42,117 nt of DNA from Catajapyx aquilonaris (Eukaryota), in the NCBI GenBank assembly GCA_000934665.2, contig JYFJ02000862.1, positions 62,001-104,117 of the forward strand, written 5' to 3'. Both the position numbers and the translations under genes were made by a program. This document shows, piece by piece, positions 1 to 12,832 of this stretch. The notes under the pieces are model-generated. The model was given only the letters and a program-made list of their open reading frames with translations. It was not told the DNA's origin and did not search any database. Within the stretch, counting starts at the first letter, position 1; each line of letters begins with the position of its first letter.

Positions 1-3000
1 GTAAATAACTGGACCCTTCAGCATATTGCATAATTATGCAGTTGAGCAACAGTTAGTCCTACCTCATTTGTGGTTTTTCCAACCTGTTATAACAGAAATG
101 ATGTTGTTACGGGAATGAAGCCGATAATTGCATTAAGTGTCGAATAATTTGTGACAATCTCTCAAACATACTTGTTTTCCTATGTTCACCATGCATACAA
201 CAGTTCACTGGACAGAAAATGATCAGTGTCATTTTACTGTGCCCCGAGCCGGATGCTGCTGAAACAGTGAAAATTTCGGTGTCCGCTTTGGGAGGAATGA
301 CTCAATAACGGCGTTCGTGGTCTCTGTACAACACGACTACATCGTGCCACCTGCAATTTATATCATGGAAAAAAAGCAACAGTAGCGTCACTTATGTGTG
401 CACCCTGCACCTGACACGCGGAATTCCCTCGGTTTGGGATTGGTCACTCGCATGCCCCGACACGACACAAGCTTTTGGAGGTTTTATCCCATGACAACAT
501 ACATGCCTCATTCGTAATGTAGAGAGAGGCCTAACTTTCATTTGGCTTAGAGGCTGTAAGTACGCCACGACAACCTTGATGACAACCTGACCGAACCACA
601 ATAAATATTATAAATCAAAGAAACTATTTAAAAAAACTCAATAGACAAATGTTTGCTATATAGAAAAATTCCATTCGACGACAAATGTTAACCCGGTCGT
701 TTCTCCCAAACCAAAATGAAACCTGGAGCCCCATATACGAATCCGCGAAATATTCCGCTAGCTCGCATAGAGAGCTTATCCGACCGCATCCTACCCTCAA
801 TTAACTAAGTGTTGTGGATGCGGTAAAAAGGAGGTAAAAACCGCACGGCCAAAGTCTGTCTCACCTCTGGAAAATGCGATCCTAACACTGAAACCTTTCA
901 CACAAAAAAAAGCACGATATCAGCAAAAATACTGTTACGCGGAAGGAACCCCCCCCCCCCAAAAAAAGTGTTAATTCCACTTTGAATGCTTACCTAAGTG
1001 TACTTGTCTGTTCCCAAGGGAGTGTAGCAGAACCCATAATGTGGACCACTTTTCTGTCACAATGCAAGCATTTGCGACATAAAAGAGCCGCGTTTATTAA
1101 CACTTACCCAAGTTGACTTTTGCATTAAATCCTTCAGGCGAATTCCCTTCTGAAAGCTTCCACTTGTAGTTGTTCTTAAGCTTTCGGAGAGAGAACCCGC
1201 GGAAAAAAAAGGCCACCCGCCAAAAATGTAAGGGTGAGACTTAAAAAGCGAAAAGCTTTTTACAAAGAGCACAAATCACTTTTATACACCGTGATGTCTA
1301 ATTTTCATAAAGAACTTCTCGGGCCACAAAGCCAGTTCCATGTTGAGAAAGTGAGGTTTTAAAACACGGTGTTTGTCACATTTCCCACTGACAGAATTCC
1401 CATTTTGTAAATCCATCAGTAAATATAGCCATAAGTTTTGACTGTGGACGACGACACGGCTATACCTGAAGAAATCCCAATTATGTTATGGATAAATCCA
1501 CCATCCACCAGAGGCGCTGCTTGCCTCATTGCGCAGGCGCAGAACGGGGGCCAGTTGGAAACGGCGCGTAAACAATATAGGGCGGCCAATCAGAAGTCTG
1601 TCATACAACGAATAATTTAATATTATAGATAAAGCCCTCAGAATTTTCCTATGCGCGAATCAAGACTCCAGTATGAATAATATTTGCCAAAAATGGCACG
1701 AGTGTGATAACAGCCGAGCCAGCAGGTCCCCCTATACACAGTGTGTTCGCAACCCTTCCCAGACTATCCTATTGTGCTTGTGTGCAACCACAAGCCTAAT
1801 AGCTACAAAATCAATAAGGCCACTAGGTGAAACTGGCTTGGCTCCGCTTTTCATAAAGCCCACCTTATGCTTTTCCCTGCTGCTGCAGACTCCGAAAGAT
1901 CATAACATGGCGTCCGGCATACACAATACATAAGACAAAAGGTAATAAATAAATACTGTAAGATATTGCTCAGTATACAGATTTCAAATCATGTGCCAGC
2001 ATGATAAAAGCCAGACTGGAATCAAACAAGACGTCAGTTAATATCACGCTGAATTTTGCGCAAGATGTCACCTGGATACTATAGCGAAGATCCCGGAGTT
2101 TATTTTCTCAGGAAATTGGCAAAACGGCGTCGACACGGGTCGAAAGTGCGCTGTGTTGCTCGGGGAATGCGAACAAAAGTCCGTCCCTTGTGTGTTTCTG
2201 AGGCAGTCCAGGGGCCTCTTTGAGCACTGCCAAAACTCGAGACATTGCGTGAGAACCTTGCCATTTGTATACTATACCATATAGAGGGGGCCGACCTAGA
2301 AAACGATTTCTGAGACTGCTCGCGTCACCCCCACCAAACTGACACCTCTCATTTTAGGTCGCGGACTCAAGGCAACTAAACACGAAAGCTCATTTGCCAG
2401 CTTAAATGGCCACGCCAGAATTGGACGAGCAGTTCGTCTTTGCCATACCCGCTGTTTGATACCGTCTGGACACGTCAAAATTAGAAAAAAGAAAAGAAAA
2501 GGGGAGAGGGTGGGGCCATTTCTCATCTCTCACGACCCAAAATGCCTGGCACTAAGTGGTGTAAATGAGGGGGTTATATGTACGGACGGAGGAGGGTTTA
2601 ATTACCACGGAGGCATTATTGGAAAAGCGAATGAGATGCTACAAGTTTGATCATCCTTTGATGTCAAGGTGTCATCGGCAGCGCTTCCAGTGACGTATAC
2701 AGTGTCGTTGATCCACTCAGGTGAGGCCACATTGGCGTGAAAAAAGTCACTGAAATCCTTACATTGATTCGATCAGCTGATATCACTGAATCCACTGGGC
2801 TTCATCTGATCAGGAAGAGCTGATTGAGAAAGGTATCTCTTGAATGGCGACACCTGAGCCAACATTACACATAAAACTGATAAGTGGACGACCAGTGCTT
2901 TAGATAAGTCAATCCGGTGTACACTTCCGCAGTTATTTTAGAACAGCTATTTTTCACAGGTCATCAAAAATATTAGCAGCTAATACTTTTAATAACAGAT

Positions 3001-3763
3001 AACTCGTCAAAAAAACTATTTATGGTGAGAAATAACAATCACATGCTGTTGCTCTTCAAACAATTTGACGAGCCAATGTCCCATTGTTTCATCCCCAAGT
3101 TCTATATAGTTTGTGCAGTGCAATAGTGACAAATCATGATAATCAGACTGTGGTCCCGGTTGAATGAAAGCAAATTAGATGGGGACAAATCTCCGATTAT
3201 GTCGGATTATATGCTGCCTTTGCATAATCGAAGATTTTTTTCCCCCATCTATAATTTGATGTCATACAACAAGACATGTCTGAGAATTAAAATTTCCATG
3301 ACACAAATCGGAATTTAATAAGTTATGAAGCAGAATGAGCTCGGGAGATTTTTGCAAATCGACTCCTAATGATGGGAACGGGGTCCTGGTGCCAGCCCAA
3401 TTACCAGCTATATGGCCCACAAATTGTCCCGTATTGAATTAAGTTACTGGAATTACCTGATGAGCAGGCTGACACTGAGTGGTTTCCAAAACACGCTCGA
3501 CGCCCATGCACAATTTAATTTTTTTTCCATAATTTAATTTGGGTTTGATTATCACCTGCTAAAGTATTTACTGTTGGCTCAAATTTAGACACTAACAATC
3601 TGACATATATACAGTTCCACAGCATAGTGAAGATAACACTGCAATAAAATCGAATCTGTGTACACATAAAATACTGTATTGCCATTCACAATATGGCCTG
3701 GACATTCATTATTTTCATTTTTTATTGTAATTATTTTATTATTGCAATTATTTACTGTACATA

Positions 3764-4085
3764 CACTGTACTCCCGATTATCTGGGCTAATGAATGCACG
3801 GGTGTCGCCGGATAATCTGAAAATGGTCTTAGATAACGTAAAAATGTGCTATTCACAGGTTCAGTTTTTAATGTACTATACTGTACATAGTGTATTCTGT
3901 TTTATTAAGTATAGTTCAATCAAAATTATGATTCTTACTATACATTTTTCGTTTGTCTTCTAGAAAACGTCTGTTATATTTTCTTCGTTTGCGAGACATT
4001 TTCACATTTTTTCGGACTTCTATTTTTAATTTCACATTTTGGCGATGCACGGATAATCCACACCCGGATAATCGGAAGTACAGCG
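3764..4085. mobile_element. Non-autonomous pogo/Tigger-like MITE (322 bp)
   Basis: 23-bp TIRs CACTGTACTCCCGATTATCTGGG and revcomp CGCTGTACTTCCGATTATCCGGG (3 mismatches). TA on both sides (3762-3763, 4086-4087). Internal CGGATAAT subterminal motifs and an AT-rich non-coding core. Confidence 0.8.
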
Positions 4086-4128
4086 TATTAATAATTATAT
4101 TAATACGAGTATATTATAATTATTTTTC

Positions 4129-4437
4129 GTTTTCCTGATATTATGCAAAAATCGAAAAAATCCAAATGTGTTGATACAGATATGCAAAAAATATGAAAAT
4201 GCTTCACTTTCGCGACTGATCACACAAACCAATTCATAAGTTTGGAATTACTGTAATTCCAAATTTAAATTTAAATTTGAACTGATTTGCGCCCATCCTG
4301 TTTTCCTGATATTATACAAAAAAAAATGCAAAAAAATGCAAATGGTTCAGTTCTTGACTGATCACACAAATCTATTCATATGTTTGGAATTAGAGTAATT
4401 TTAAACTAATTCAAATCTGAACTGATTTATGCCCATC
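4129..4437. repeat. Diverged tandem duplication (~169 bp + ~138 bp)
   Basis: Both units start GTTTTCCTGATATTAT, share GACTGATCACACAAA and GTTTGGAATTA, and end GAACTGATTT..GCCCATC. Units at 4129-4297 and 4300-4437. Confidence 0.85.
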
Positions 4438-5993
4438 ACATACATCCGGCCAGTGACGTCCACCTAAAAATCCTTAAAAAAGAATTTCTCTCCCACATAT
4501 CCTCCTGGCCCTAAATAAAAAACCTTCCAAGCATTCTTCACTTTTAATTAAGCTCACATTACCGCATAACGCCATTGGTCCACGCCCTGTGTCAAATTAG
4601 ACGAACCTGACCATCCCAATCCCAAGCGGACCCCCCCCCCCCCTTTAATCTCATCCCCACCCCTCTACCAACTTGCACATTCAGGTGCACGTCTCGTCAC
4701 TAAGTCAAGCACTCAATTTGCCCATCAGTCTCCAGCAACCTCCAGCACTTTAGAGCTCGGCCTCTCTCGTCACCCTCAACCTGGACCATGTCCTCATCTT
4801 CACCACCACCACCCTTCCCCCTGCCAAAAAATCTCCATCGCTTAACTACATTTTTCATGACCGAAGCGTTACGGGCATGATCTCATTTTGTTATGGAACC
4901 GGGGGTATGTTCAGGTCCCCGTCACCAGTACTCCATTTTTGGCAAACTGCATTTCTGCGGAGGATTCGAGAGAGTGCTTTTGCTTAACATCAAAGACCAG
5001 GAGAGGAGGGGAGGAGGGGAGGAGGGGTGATGGAATGGCCTCCTGCCGCTCTATTTTAGGGGGTCTAAATACAGTCTTTCCCTGGTCGCTGGACCTTTCA
5101 TCCGCACATATGCGAAAGTGTATGTGGGGGGGTATGGGGATGGGGGAAAAAAATGAGAGAAGCGAAATTAAAAGGCCTCGGGGCGAGACCCACGCAGTTT
5201 GCAATTTCCATTTATGCCAGAGCAGTGTTGCATTGGAGGAGCCTAAATTCGTTTCGACATTGGCACAGGGTCTAACATAAGGCCTGGGTTTTTTAAAAAA
5301 TAACCAGGTATTTCACTCCCTGGTACAGAAACCCACCCCTAAAAATGACGTGATAAATTAACAGCGCACTAAACGTCACTTATGAAATAAGGCTATCACC
5401 AAACTTTTTCATAACCTTAGCGACCCGCAGCTCTTAATTTTCAGTCTCAAATTTAAATTTCAAACGCAGCTGTGACTTGGGACGACCCTATGCAGAAGAG
5501 GGGGAAAAAAAGTAATTGATACGTGCATTGATTTCCAACACTTCATTTAAGAGAAGAATGCATGTGACAACAACACGCCTAATTTTTCCAACCGTCTGCT
5601 TCATAAAATTGTCGCCAAGCTACGCAAAGTCATCCCAAAATTCCTCACTTTCTTCAATTAAGATGATTTATGTTCTTTAATTACTGATCAGGAGTAATTA
5701 GACACTAAAAGAACGGTAGGGGGGAGAGATCGCGATCGGCTTGCGGCGGGAAGGAAAAATTGCAAGTACTTATGAAAGGTCTAATCACCTCCGTATATCG
5801 TATAATAATGAACCACTTTCAAAAGAATCTCACAGACTTGGGGAAAAGCACAATAAAATAATTTGCACTATCCAATTTTATCATGTAGGCAATTATTACC
5901 TCAGAATATTTATTTATTTATTTATTTATTCATTCATTTATTTGGTACACCAGTTACAAAGCCAGGGAACTGTACGACTCTACATTTCTGTGC

Positions 5994-6483
5994 TCGTACA
6001 TAATTATTACCTAATATTATTCCTCGTACATAATTATTACCTAATATTATTCCGGGGAGGCGGAGTGGTGCTGCGGTAACGTATGCGCCCACGGATGTTA
6101 AGGTCCCGGGTTCGATCCCAGCCCGGGGACACCCCCTTCATCTCGTGCAGAGTTCATTGGGTCACCTCTGGCTTCGTCTCGGGTGGTATTTCCTACAGAC
6201 TAAACCACCCGGGGGAGTTCACTAAAAATGGCCACATAAAGACATTGCACTGCACCTTGCACATCCCCTCCTGTCATCCTGCCCGTGGGCCCGGGCGCTT
6301 CAATAATTAGGTTCCAAATATGTACATCGTACAAATAAAGGTCCGTGCTATATGCCGAGAAGGCCAAGCACTACCCGGATATTATTATTATTATTAATAA
6401 TAATTATTACCTAATATTATTCCTCGTACATAATTATTACCTAATATTATTCCTCGTACATAATTATTACCTAATATTATTCC
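5994..6483. repeat. 30-bp minisatellite (TCGTACATAATTATTACCTAATATTATTCC) interrupted by the SINE
   Basis: Identical units at 5994-6023, 6024-6053, 6424-6453 and 6454-6483, plus a 24-bp partial unit at 6400-6423. Confidence 0.95.
6054..6399 (+). mobile_element. tRNA-derived SINE, apparently full length (~346 bp)
   Basis: GGGG 5' start. A-box-like TGGTGCTGCGG at 6066-6076 and B-box GGTTCGATCCC at 6109-6119. 3' stem-loop GTGCT..GCC-GAGAA-GGC..AGCAC, then an (ATT)n tail. Perfect 24-bp flanking direct repeat ATAATTATTACCTAATATTATTCC at 6030-6053 and 6400-6423. Confidence 0.88.
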
Positions 6484-9038
6484 AAATGTTTTAGTTGCTG
6501 AAAAAGTGCAAACCTGCAGTAGTACGTGTCAGTAACATTATTGCCATTGTGTTGACTAAAAATAATCTGGCACAAGCATATAGGACATCACAAGCAGTCC
6601 TGGAATCACTGTTACGATTATCGCGGACATGAAATACGACCCACCTTAATAACCACCCCTGATAATAAAGCTTTTGAGATCCCGTTTCAACTAACACATA
6701 TTTTGCCAGTACGCTCCGGATAATTGGATTTTCAGGACTCCCTGTCTCACCTAAAAAAAAACAACAACAACAAACCAGGAGTGATTTACACGTTTGTCTC
6801 CCCCTCGAGCATTTCGGTTGGCATTGTAGGAGCCAACAATCAGTTCCAATAAAGCCCCGGACTATTTCGGAACCCCCACTGATCATTAGACCTGACAACC
6901 CGATTTTCTCTTTTTTTCTTCTTCTTCTTTTTTCTCCTTTTGCTCGAGGGGAAAAGTCACTCTTGTCATCCCAGTAAATTAAACAGACGGACGGTTAGTA
7001 TCGGATGTGCCGCCAAGATTAAGGCGACTAAGCACGCCAACAGGGGTTGGTGGGGACTATGGTTGGAGGGGACCGTCTACTTTACTACACCCGCAGCCTA
7101 TGCTTTCTGTCGGATTGAAAGACTGGATCGATCACCGCAGGGCTGATGGCAAACCCCGCTGACGAAACCAAACTCCCCACGTAGGAAAACCCAGCCTCAG
7201 TATACGTCGCTTGTGGTACGGTGATGCCCCAAGTAGGAATAAACAGACTAGATTGCGGGCTGCGACACTGCAAAGGTTGGGGATCAAATCATTGGGCAAA
7301 CCTGAGACGTCAAATGTGTGGGAGGCGAGAATATAGGAAGAAAAAAAAAAAACAGTGCGTCAGATAGGATGTGCAGATGAACAAACATTGGGACGTCATT
7401 TGGAAATGTATATATCGAGCGATGGCGACATCGTAAATGACTTGGCGGTGGAAAATCCACAAATAGGTTTTACAGTTCACCTCCACTTTAGTACCTGTAA
7501 TTCAGCTAATTGCGTCCCAGTCAAAATCCGCCAATAAACTGTCTGGTCTAAACTACTAGCACGACAACTGCTAAAAATGGGGGATTTTTTTTTTTTTAAT
7601 GACCATTCTGTCAGATGTTAATAACATGTAATCCCACTATGCCATGTAACCTAATTATAGAAATACAAAAGCTTGGTTTATCTTATTAATCCTGACAGAA
7701 AAAGTGTCAATATGGCACAAGCTTATCCGGACACCACTTCTCAGATAACATGTGTCGCAATCATATCCTGTCCCTGATTTATAACTAAAAGGAGCAATGC
7801 ATTTCGCTGCATTAATTTTAATAATGGCTTCTACAAGATTAATTTTTTCCAATACGTAACCTTTTCCTCGCCTGCTTTATATACGTATATTCCATTCAAG
7901 TCATACAGGCCCCCGTCCATTTGAGGGCAACATAAGCACTGCATGTCGCTTGCATAACCCCATTGAATTTTCCAGGCCTTCTATAATGAATCGTCAGTCA
8001 CGCGTCGTCGACGTCGAGGCCACGTCAGCGATTTGCCATCCCTTCGTATCGTCAAACCCAACACATGTGCCCCTCCCCAATCTCTCAATGGGTTTCTGCA
8101 AGTGCCTGTAATCTGCATTAACATAATAAAGGCACTCAGAAGCACAGAGCCGCATCCGAAACCTGCGGGCTGAAGTTGAAATCGTCATGAAGGATGTCAT
8201 GCCGACTCACATTTTAACACATTAATCTTTACCAACAACACAATGTTAAAAAGGCAGCATAGACAGACATACAGAACACTTGCAAAATATATATGTATAT
8301 TTTTTTAAAAAAGTAGAGGAATATTCTCGACCAGGAAGAATTTCACTACATCCTGAAAGGTAGGCTGTTCCGCACAACATATTCATGCGGGTGGCCCTGA
8401 AGAGTCAGGATAAACAGGGATCTACTGAAAGTAATGGGAACGTTGCACTCGGAAGTCCTTCGTGTGCTTTATATCTCCGGATATACGTAAAAATATCCCG
8501 CTATGAAATGAAGTGCATTGCATCAATAACTGGATTCTGTCCACTGTCAGAAGAACAGGTTTTTACTTCTATGTATCATTCACACGGAATTTTATCGGCT
8601 CACAAGCAATATACAAATTTGACCTCCGACGTGACCTTTGACCTTAACGCCTGGCCCACTACTATTATCTTTAGGGTTTTTATTGATAACAAAAAGCGCA
8701 GCCCCACAACTGTGGCGCACACCGGATTTCCGTTGACTAAATGGCGAAAAGGGGGAAGAGGCAGCAAACATGACATCCCCCACTGGCGCAGTGTAGTATA
8801 TTCTGCGAACAACAGCATGACGAATCTCGATGGGTTTTTAGCAGGTTATGTTCTGGCAACTTTTTCTATAGAAGATCTGGACACCAACTGGCATCATGTA
8901 AAATAATTATGTGCAAAAATCATGCGCTATTTATTATCCACACACGCGCATATCGCTCGTGATTAGTTTTTTTTCTTCCAGACGAGTCCAACCCACATGC
9001 ATGCAACATAATAAAATATTGCTAATAGTCAGCCTTAC

Positions 9039-9110
9039 CTTGGATCCAGATCTGGCAATGGTCCCAAGATTTTCGATCATCTCATCCTTGGTCATCCCAA
9101 CACCAGTATC
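9039..9110 (-). CDS. TRAP1: TRAP1 exon (probable exon 5): GHKL DxGxG motif and ATP lid
   Basis: CACTTGTAG| ... AAG|GTAAGG; 72 bp, phase 0-0. Encodes [24 protein letters not shown]. Confidence 0.97.
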
Positions 9111-9207
9111 CTACAAGTGCAAAAAAAAATCAGTAATGCTTGCAAAAAAAAAAAAAACTGATATATAAGCACATTTATCAATTTTGTGGGAATGTCAATA
9201 TGATTAC
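9111..9207 (-). other. TRAP1 intron (97 bp, phase 0)
   Basis: GTAATC..TTGTAG with U-rich tracts, between FVIQ and DTGVG. Confidence 0.95.
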
Positions 9208-9357
9208 CTGGATGACGAAGGTTCGGTTGACCTTATCGGTAGCAATATGAATTTCCAGAGCACGATGAGGATTCTCCATCTGCTGCCCCGTCAGCGTCAG
9301 ATGGCGCACTTTCTCCAAAGCATCGCTGGCATTAGAGATGAGCTCCCGAATGAAAAC
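9208..9357 (-). CDS. TRAP1: TRAP1 exon (probable exon 4) with the catalytic Glu and Mg-binding Asn
   Basis: TTCTTGCAG| ... CAG|GTAATC; 150 bp, phase 0-0. Encodes [50 protein letters not shown], containing the Hsp90 signature [13 protein letters not shown]. Confidence 0.97.
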
Positions 9358-9972
9358 CTGCAAGAATCAAGATGAAAGAGAGCGTTCTGCTACGGGTTCG
9401 AGGAAAAGACGGGGCCGGGAGGAAGCGGGGAAAAAAAAAAATTTTGAGGCAGAGGAAAATCCATGAGAGAGACCGACGGGTGTGACATTGCAGGCAACAA
9501 TCTCAAGAGCTCATTAGGTAATAAGGTAACGACAAAACGAGTCAGGTTTCCTCGTATAATCAGGGGTAAGCAAACAACTTTCATTCCTTCTGTGCGCTCG
9601 TATCGTTCCGTGTTAATTGCTGCGGATAATGAGAGACTTGGGATGGGTGGGAATGAGACTGAAGCTGACACACCCTGGATCTGCAACAACGGAAAACACG
9701 ACTTCTATATAGGTACAGTGAGGAAAATTGACGCATAAAAACGACCCAATTGCTCCACAAAAAAACAAATGTATAGCTAAGTTATATCACGAGAAGAAAA
9801 TCCTATGAAAAATAAACAATAAAAAATACACAAAAATCTCAATTGCTCCGGATAATTTATAAATAGTTTTTTGCAAAAGAAAATTGGCATTCCTTAATGA
9901 TAACACCTCCGTTTGGATTATGTGTACACCCAATGTGATCTACAGTGTTATTTACACAACATATATGCTTAC
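9358..9972 (-). other. TRAP1 intron (615 bp, phase 0)
   Basis: GTAAGC..TTGCAG between SEQE and VFIRE. Confidence 0.95.
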
Positions 9973-10055
9973 CTCTTGCTCTGAGTACAGCGACTTGGCG
10001 ACAATGTCCAGCAGCATCCGAGTCTCGGCTTGAAATTCATGTTGGTTCACTTCTC
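9973..10055 (-). CDS. TRAP1: TRAP1 exon (probable exon 3), start of the Hsp90 N-terminal ATPase domain
   Basis: TTTTTTGCAG| ... GAG|GTAAGC; 83 bp. Encodes (G)[44 protein letters not shown] is typical of TRAP1/HtpG; cytosolic Hsp90 has [20 protein letters not shown]. Confidence 0.96.
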
Positions 10056-11506
10056 CTGCAAAAAATAAATAAAATAACATGGAGAGTTGCAATGTGCAAA
10101 AATCTTTAACAAAAGGTTAAACTGCAAATCCCTTCCCATTTTTAACATCCAGACAGGAAAAATTACCAACAAGCGTTTTCATTTATCCTGGGATATCCCA
10201 CAGAGGGAAACAAAATGCCATATGCAGCCATGGATTTAGTCCCCCCCCCCCTTTTTTTTGTGCTTTTTTGCAAAAATATACACCCCATAAAGGAGTAAAC
10301 GAGCCAACAGGTGCAGGATTCCCAAGGAAGATTTTCCGGGGACCCCCTCCCCACAATATGTGTAAACATAAAAGCGGGTCTGCGCTTTTCCCCCGGATTT
10401 AGAACTGCCAGATTCTATGACGGGAAATGCTTCCAAAGAGGGCTAATTTCTGATGAAGCCACGAATTAATTAGGGTGGTAAGCTAGCTGATTACAGCACA
10501 GCGACGTCGTAATGACTTGGAAAGGTCTGCATCTCCCAGGCTATATCGGGTATCGTGTAGTTATCGGAATATAGGTTAGCACACTTTTTCTTGCCCCCCC
10601 TTCCTCTTTCTATTTGCCCGTTCCGTAAGGCTCATTTCCGTTGAGAAGCAAACAAATTAAAGTGTGACTTCAAACCTGCTTCGCCTCGGGGATTTACCCT
10701 TGGTCTATTGCTCGGTTCCACTAGAGTGTGTTCATAATAGGTTTTACTCTTGTGAACTCCTTCCGGGGCCAAAGGCCATCATTCTTATTGCGAATTTGGA
10801 ATAACAGCGAAAATGTCTTCGGTCAGGGTCTTCCAAGGGCCGATTTAATTACAGGTGCTTTTGGGTGCGACCTTATTGCCACACAACAACTTAAAAAAAA
10901 AAAAACTCGACTTGTTCATCACCAAGCATGAGCTCAATTTCACGGATGTGCCTTTTCAGACGAGTCACTCCCACGGAAAAAGGGTCTTTGACATCTTACG
11001 TTATTACCAAACAATGCCTCTATAAATTATTTCCGTTAGTCCTCCATGTAAAAACAAAGTTGTCCACACCTTGAGTTTTCGAGTCGTGATCTCCTTTCAC
11101 AGAAAGAGTGACGTATCCAGTCTTTTTATGACGTGTTGGTAGCCATCAAGGCACGACGTTTGTGACGGCCAAGTTGTGTCAATTAAATAACAGCTCCAAG
11201 AAAATTAAAATAACACGAAAGGAACTGCCAGTCACCTGATGACAGAGTGTACCGAAAGCTTTTGAGTTAAACGAGGTTATGCCTTGAACCTATCCTTTTG
11301 TCATAGGGGCACTTTCTCACGGCCCAGGCTCTGGTGTGCATAATGAGATAAATTCTTACTCACAAATTTAATCCAAGCGACGCTTTTCCTAGTACTACCT
11401 ACGTAATTGCGTTACTTTACAAGGCTCGTAAAATGCAAAGACCAGGATTGTTTATTATTAATTATAAGAATGTGTTTCATGATTGCAGAGTTCATTTTAG
11501 ACATTA

Positions 11507-11560
11507 TGGCATGAAATGGTTATGGTTTACACCTCCGAGGTACTGAGTTCGACCCCTGGA
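11507..11560 (+). mobile_element. Possible decayed tRNA-derived SINE head
   Basis: TGGCATGAAATGG (A-box-like) followed by GAGGTACTGAGTTCGACCCC (B-box-like). No tail or TSD seen. Confidence 0.25.
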
Positions 11561-12832
11561 TCTCGCATAAAATTTCTAATTAATCCATCATCGGAGTTTT
11601 TAAATTAAGTGAGCAAGTGAAAAAATAGGCCACATAGGCATATCACATCAAAATCATGATTATTAACTATTATTTTATACTATTATCATAATGTTAACTC
11701 GTTCAACGCAGTAAATATTTGCAAAACTGAGCTCCCTCCGCTGTAGACAGTTCCACTGGACTACGTTGAGCTAAAACGATTCGGATGACTGGTCGCGGAA
11801 AGTTCAAGAGTTATTCACTGGAAAGTCTGGCCATGTCGGTCGTATGACGCTTCAGTGTAGTACTCACTTGATGAGCAATGACCTTAGCTGCCTCTGCTCC
11901 TTCAATAAACCATGCAAACCAATTCGAAACATTTTTCTAGCCACATGTGTGTACATAACCAAACACAAAATAATAGGATGTTATTTTGTTTCAGATATTT
12001 ATTACAACGAATGTAAAGGCGAGCACTCAACCTGGGTTCAAAATCCCCCTTTCCACCCCAAAAAATTCCCCTGGCCATCCTCCGCATACCTCATCCCAAT
12101 TACTAAAGGGACAATAGTTAACCCACCAGAAATTACCTTCTTTACCTCCACCCCAATAACAGGTGTGTTGGCCTTGGGAATGACTACCTTTGCATTTCTC
12201 TGCACCTTCCTTTTTTTCTCTCTCTCCTTCTTCTGAATGATACCAGACCTTGTGTGCAATGGTGGAGATACGGCACTTGAGGGCAGGGGACTACCTTAAC
12301 GTTTGGGGCATTAGGTGGTGTGTTGAAGCCGCACAACAGCACCCCCCCCCCCCCTCCTGCTCTCCCCAAAAAGCATTGACCTCGCAGAGTTTCGCTGGGC
12401 GCAATGACCGCCACCGGGTGGGTGTGAGAGAGGGAGGGTAAGGTGGAGAGAGGGGAAGGAGAGAGAGAGAGAGGTGGATGGATGGAATAAAGGTGGAGGA
12501 AAATGCCCTGCCGCCTGACCCAACCCTTGGACTCCTTTTCGCCAAAACCGGGATCGAGAGATTCGCCTTGACTTCGCTCGTGGAAGATTAGCGGGGTAGC
12601 TCTCGAGGGATGCTGTTGGTTTGTGACGTCACTCTGATTGATAATAATTGGATTTGATCCTCACCTGAGCTCAAATCATGTTTGGATTGCCATGGCTATA
12701 ATAAGAATCCTTGCTCGAAAGTGTCACACTGTAAAAATTCGGTGTGTAAATATCAAATATTTTGTGTACAACGCAATCCATTTTCATGCTAATAAAATAA
12801 TGCAAATCGGTCCTGTAATTCGTTGGCTTATA

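Larger units (their letters stand above)
1..9038 (-). other. TRAP1 intron of >9 kb, running off the window
   Basis: Starts GTAAGG after SGSK. By eye I found no exon encoding the expected IIGQFGVGFYS in 1-9038. Confidence 0.75.

Noticed and set aside
5320..5350. Next TRAP1 exon (GVGF motif on the minus strand)
   Set aside because: It reads SFLGVGFCT rather than IIGQFGVGFYSAF, with no flanking similarity.
6054..6130. tRNA gene
   Set aside because: A/B boxes are present but there is no convincing cloverleaf or oligo-T terminator. It continues into a SINE body with tail and TSD.
5994..6483. CRISPR-like array of 30-bp repeats
   Set aside because: The repeats are directly tandem without spacers, the single interruption is a SINE, the context is eukaryotic, and there are no cas genes.
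8385..8906. Longest ORF in the track (173 aa)
   Set aside because: No recognisable domain; composition is typical of a chance ORF antisense to an intron.
9039..10055. Bacterial htpG or cytosolic Hsp90/GRP94
   Set aside because: Spliceosomal introns exclude bacteria. [28 protein letters not shown] and the upstream strap exon fit TRAP1.
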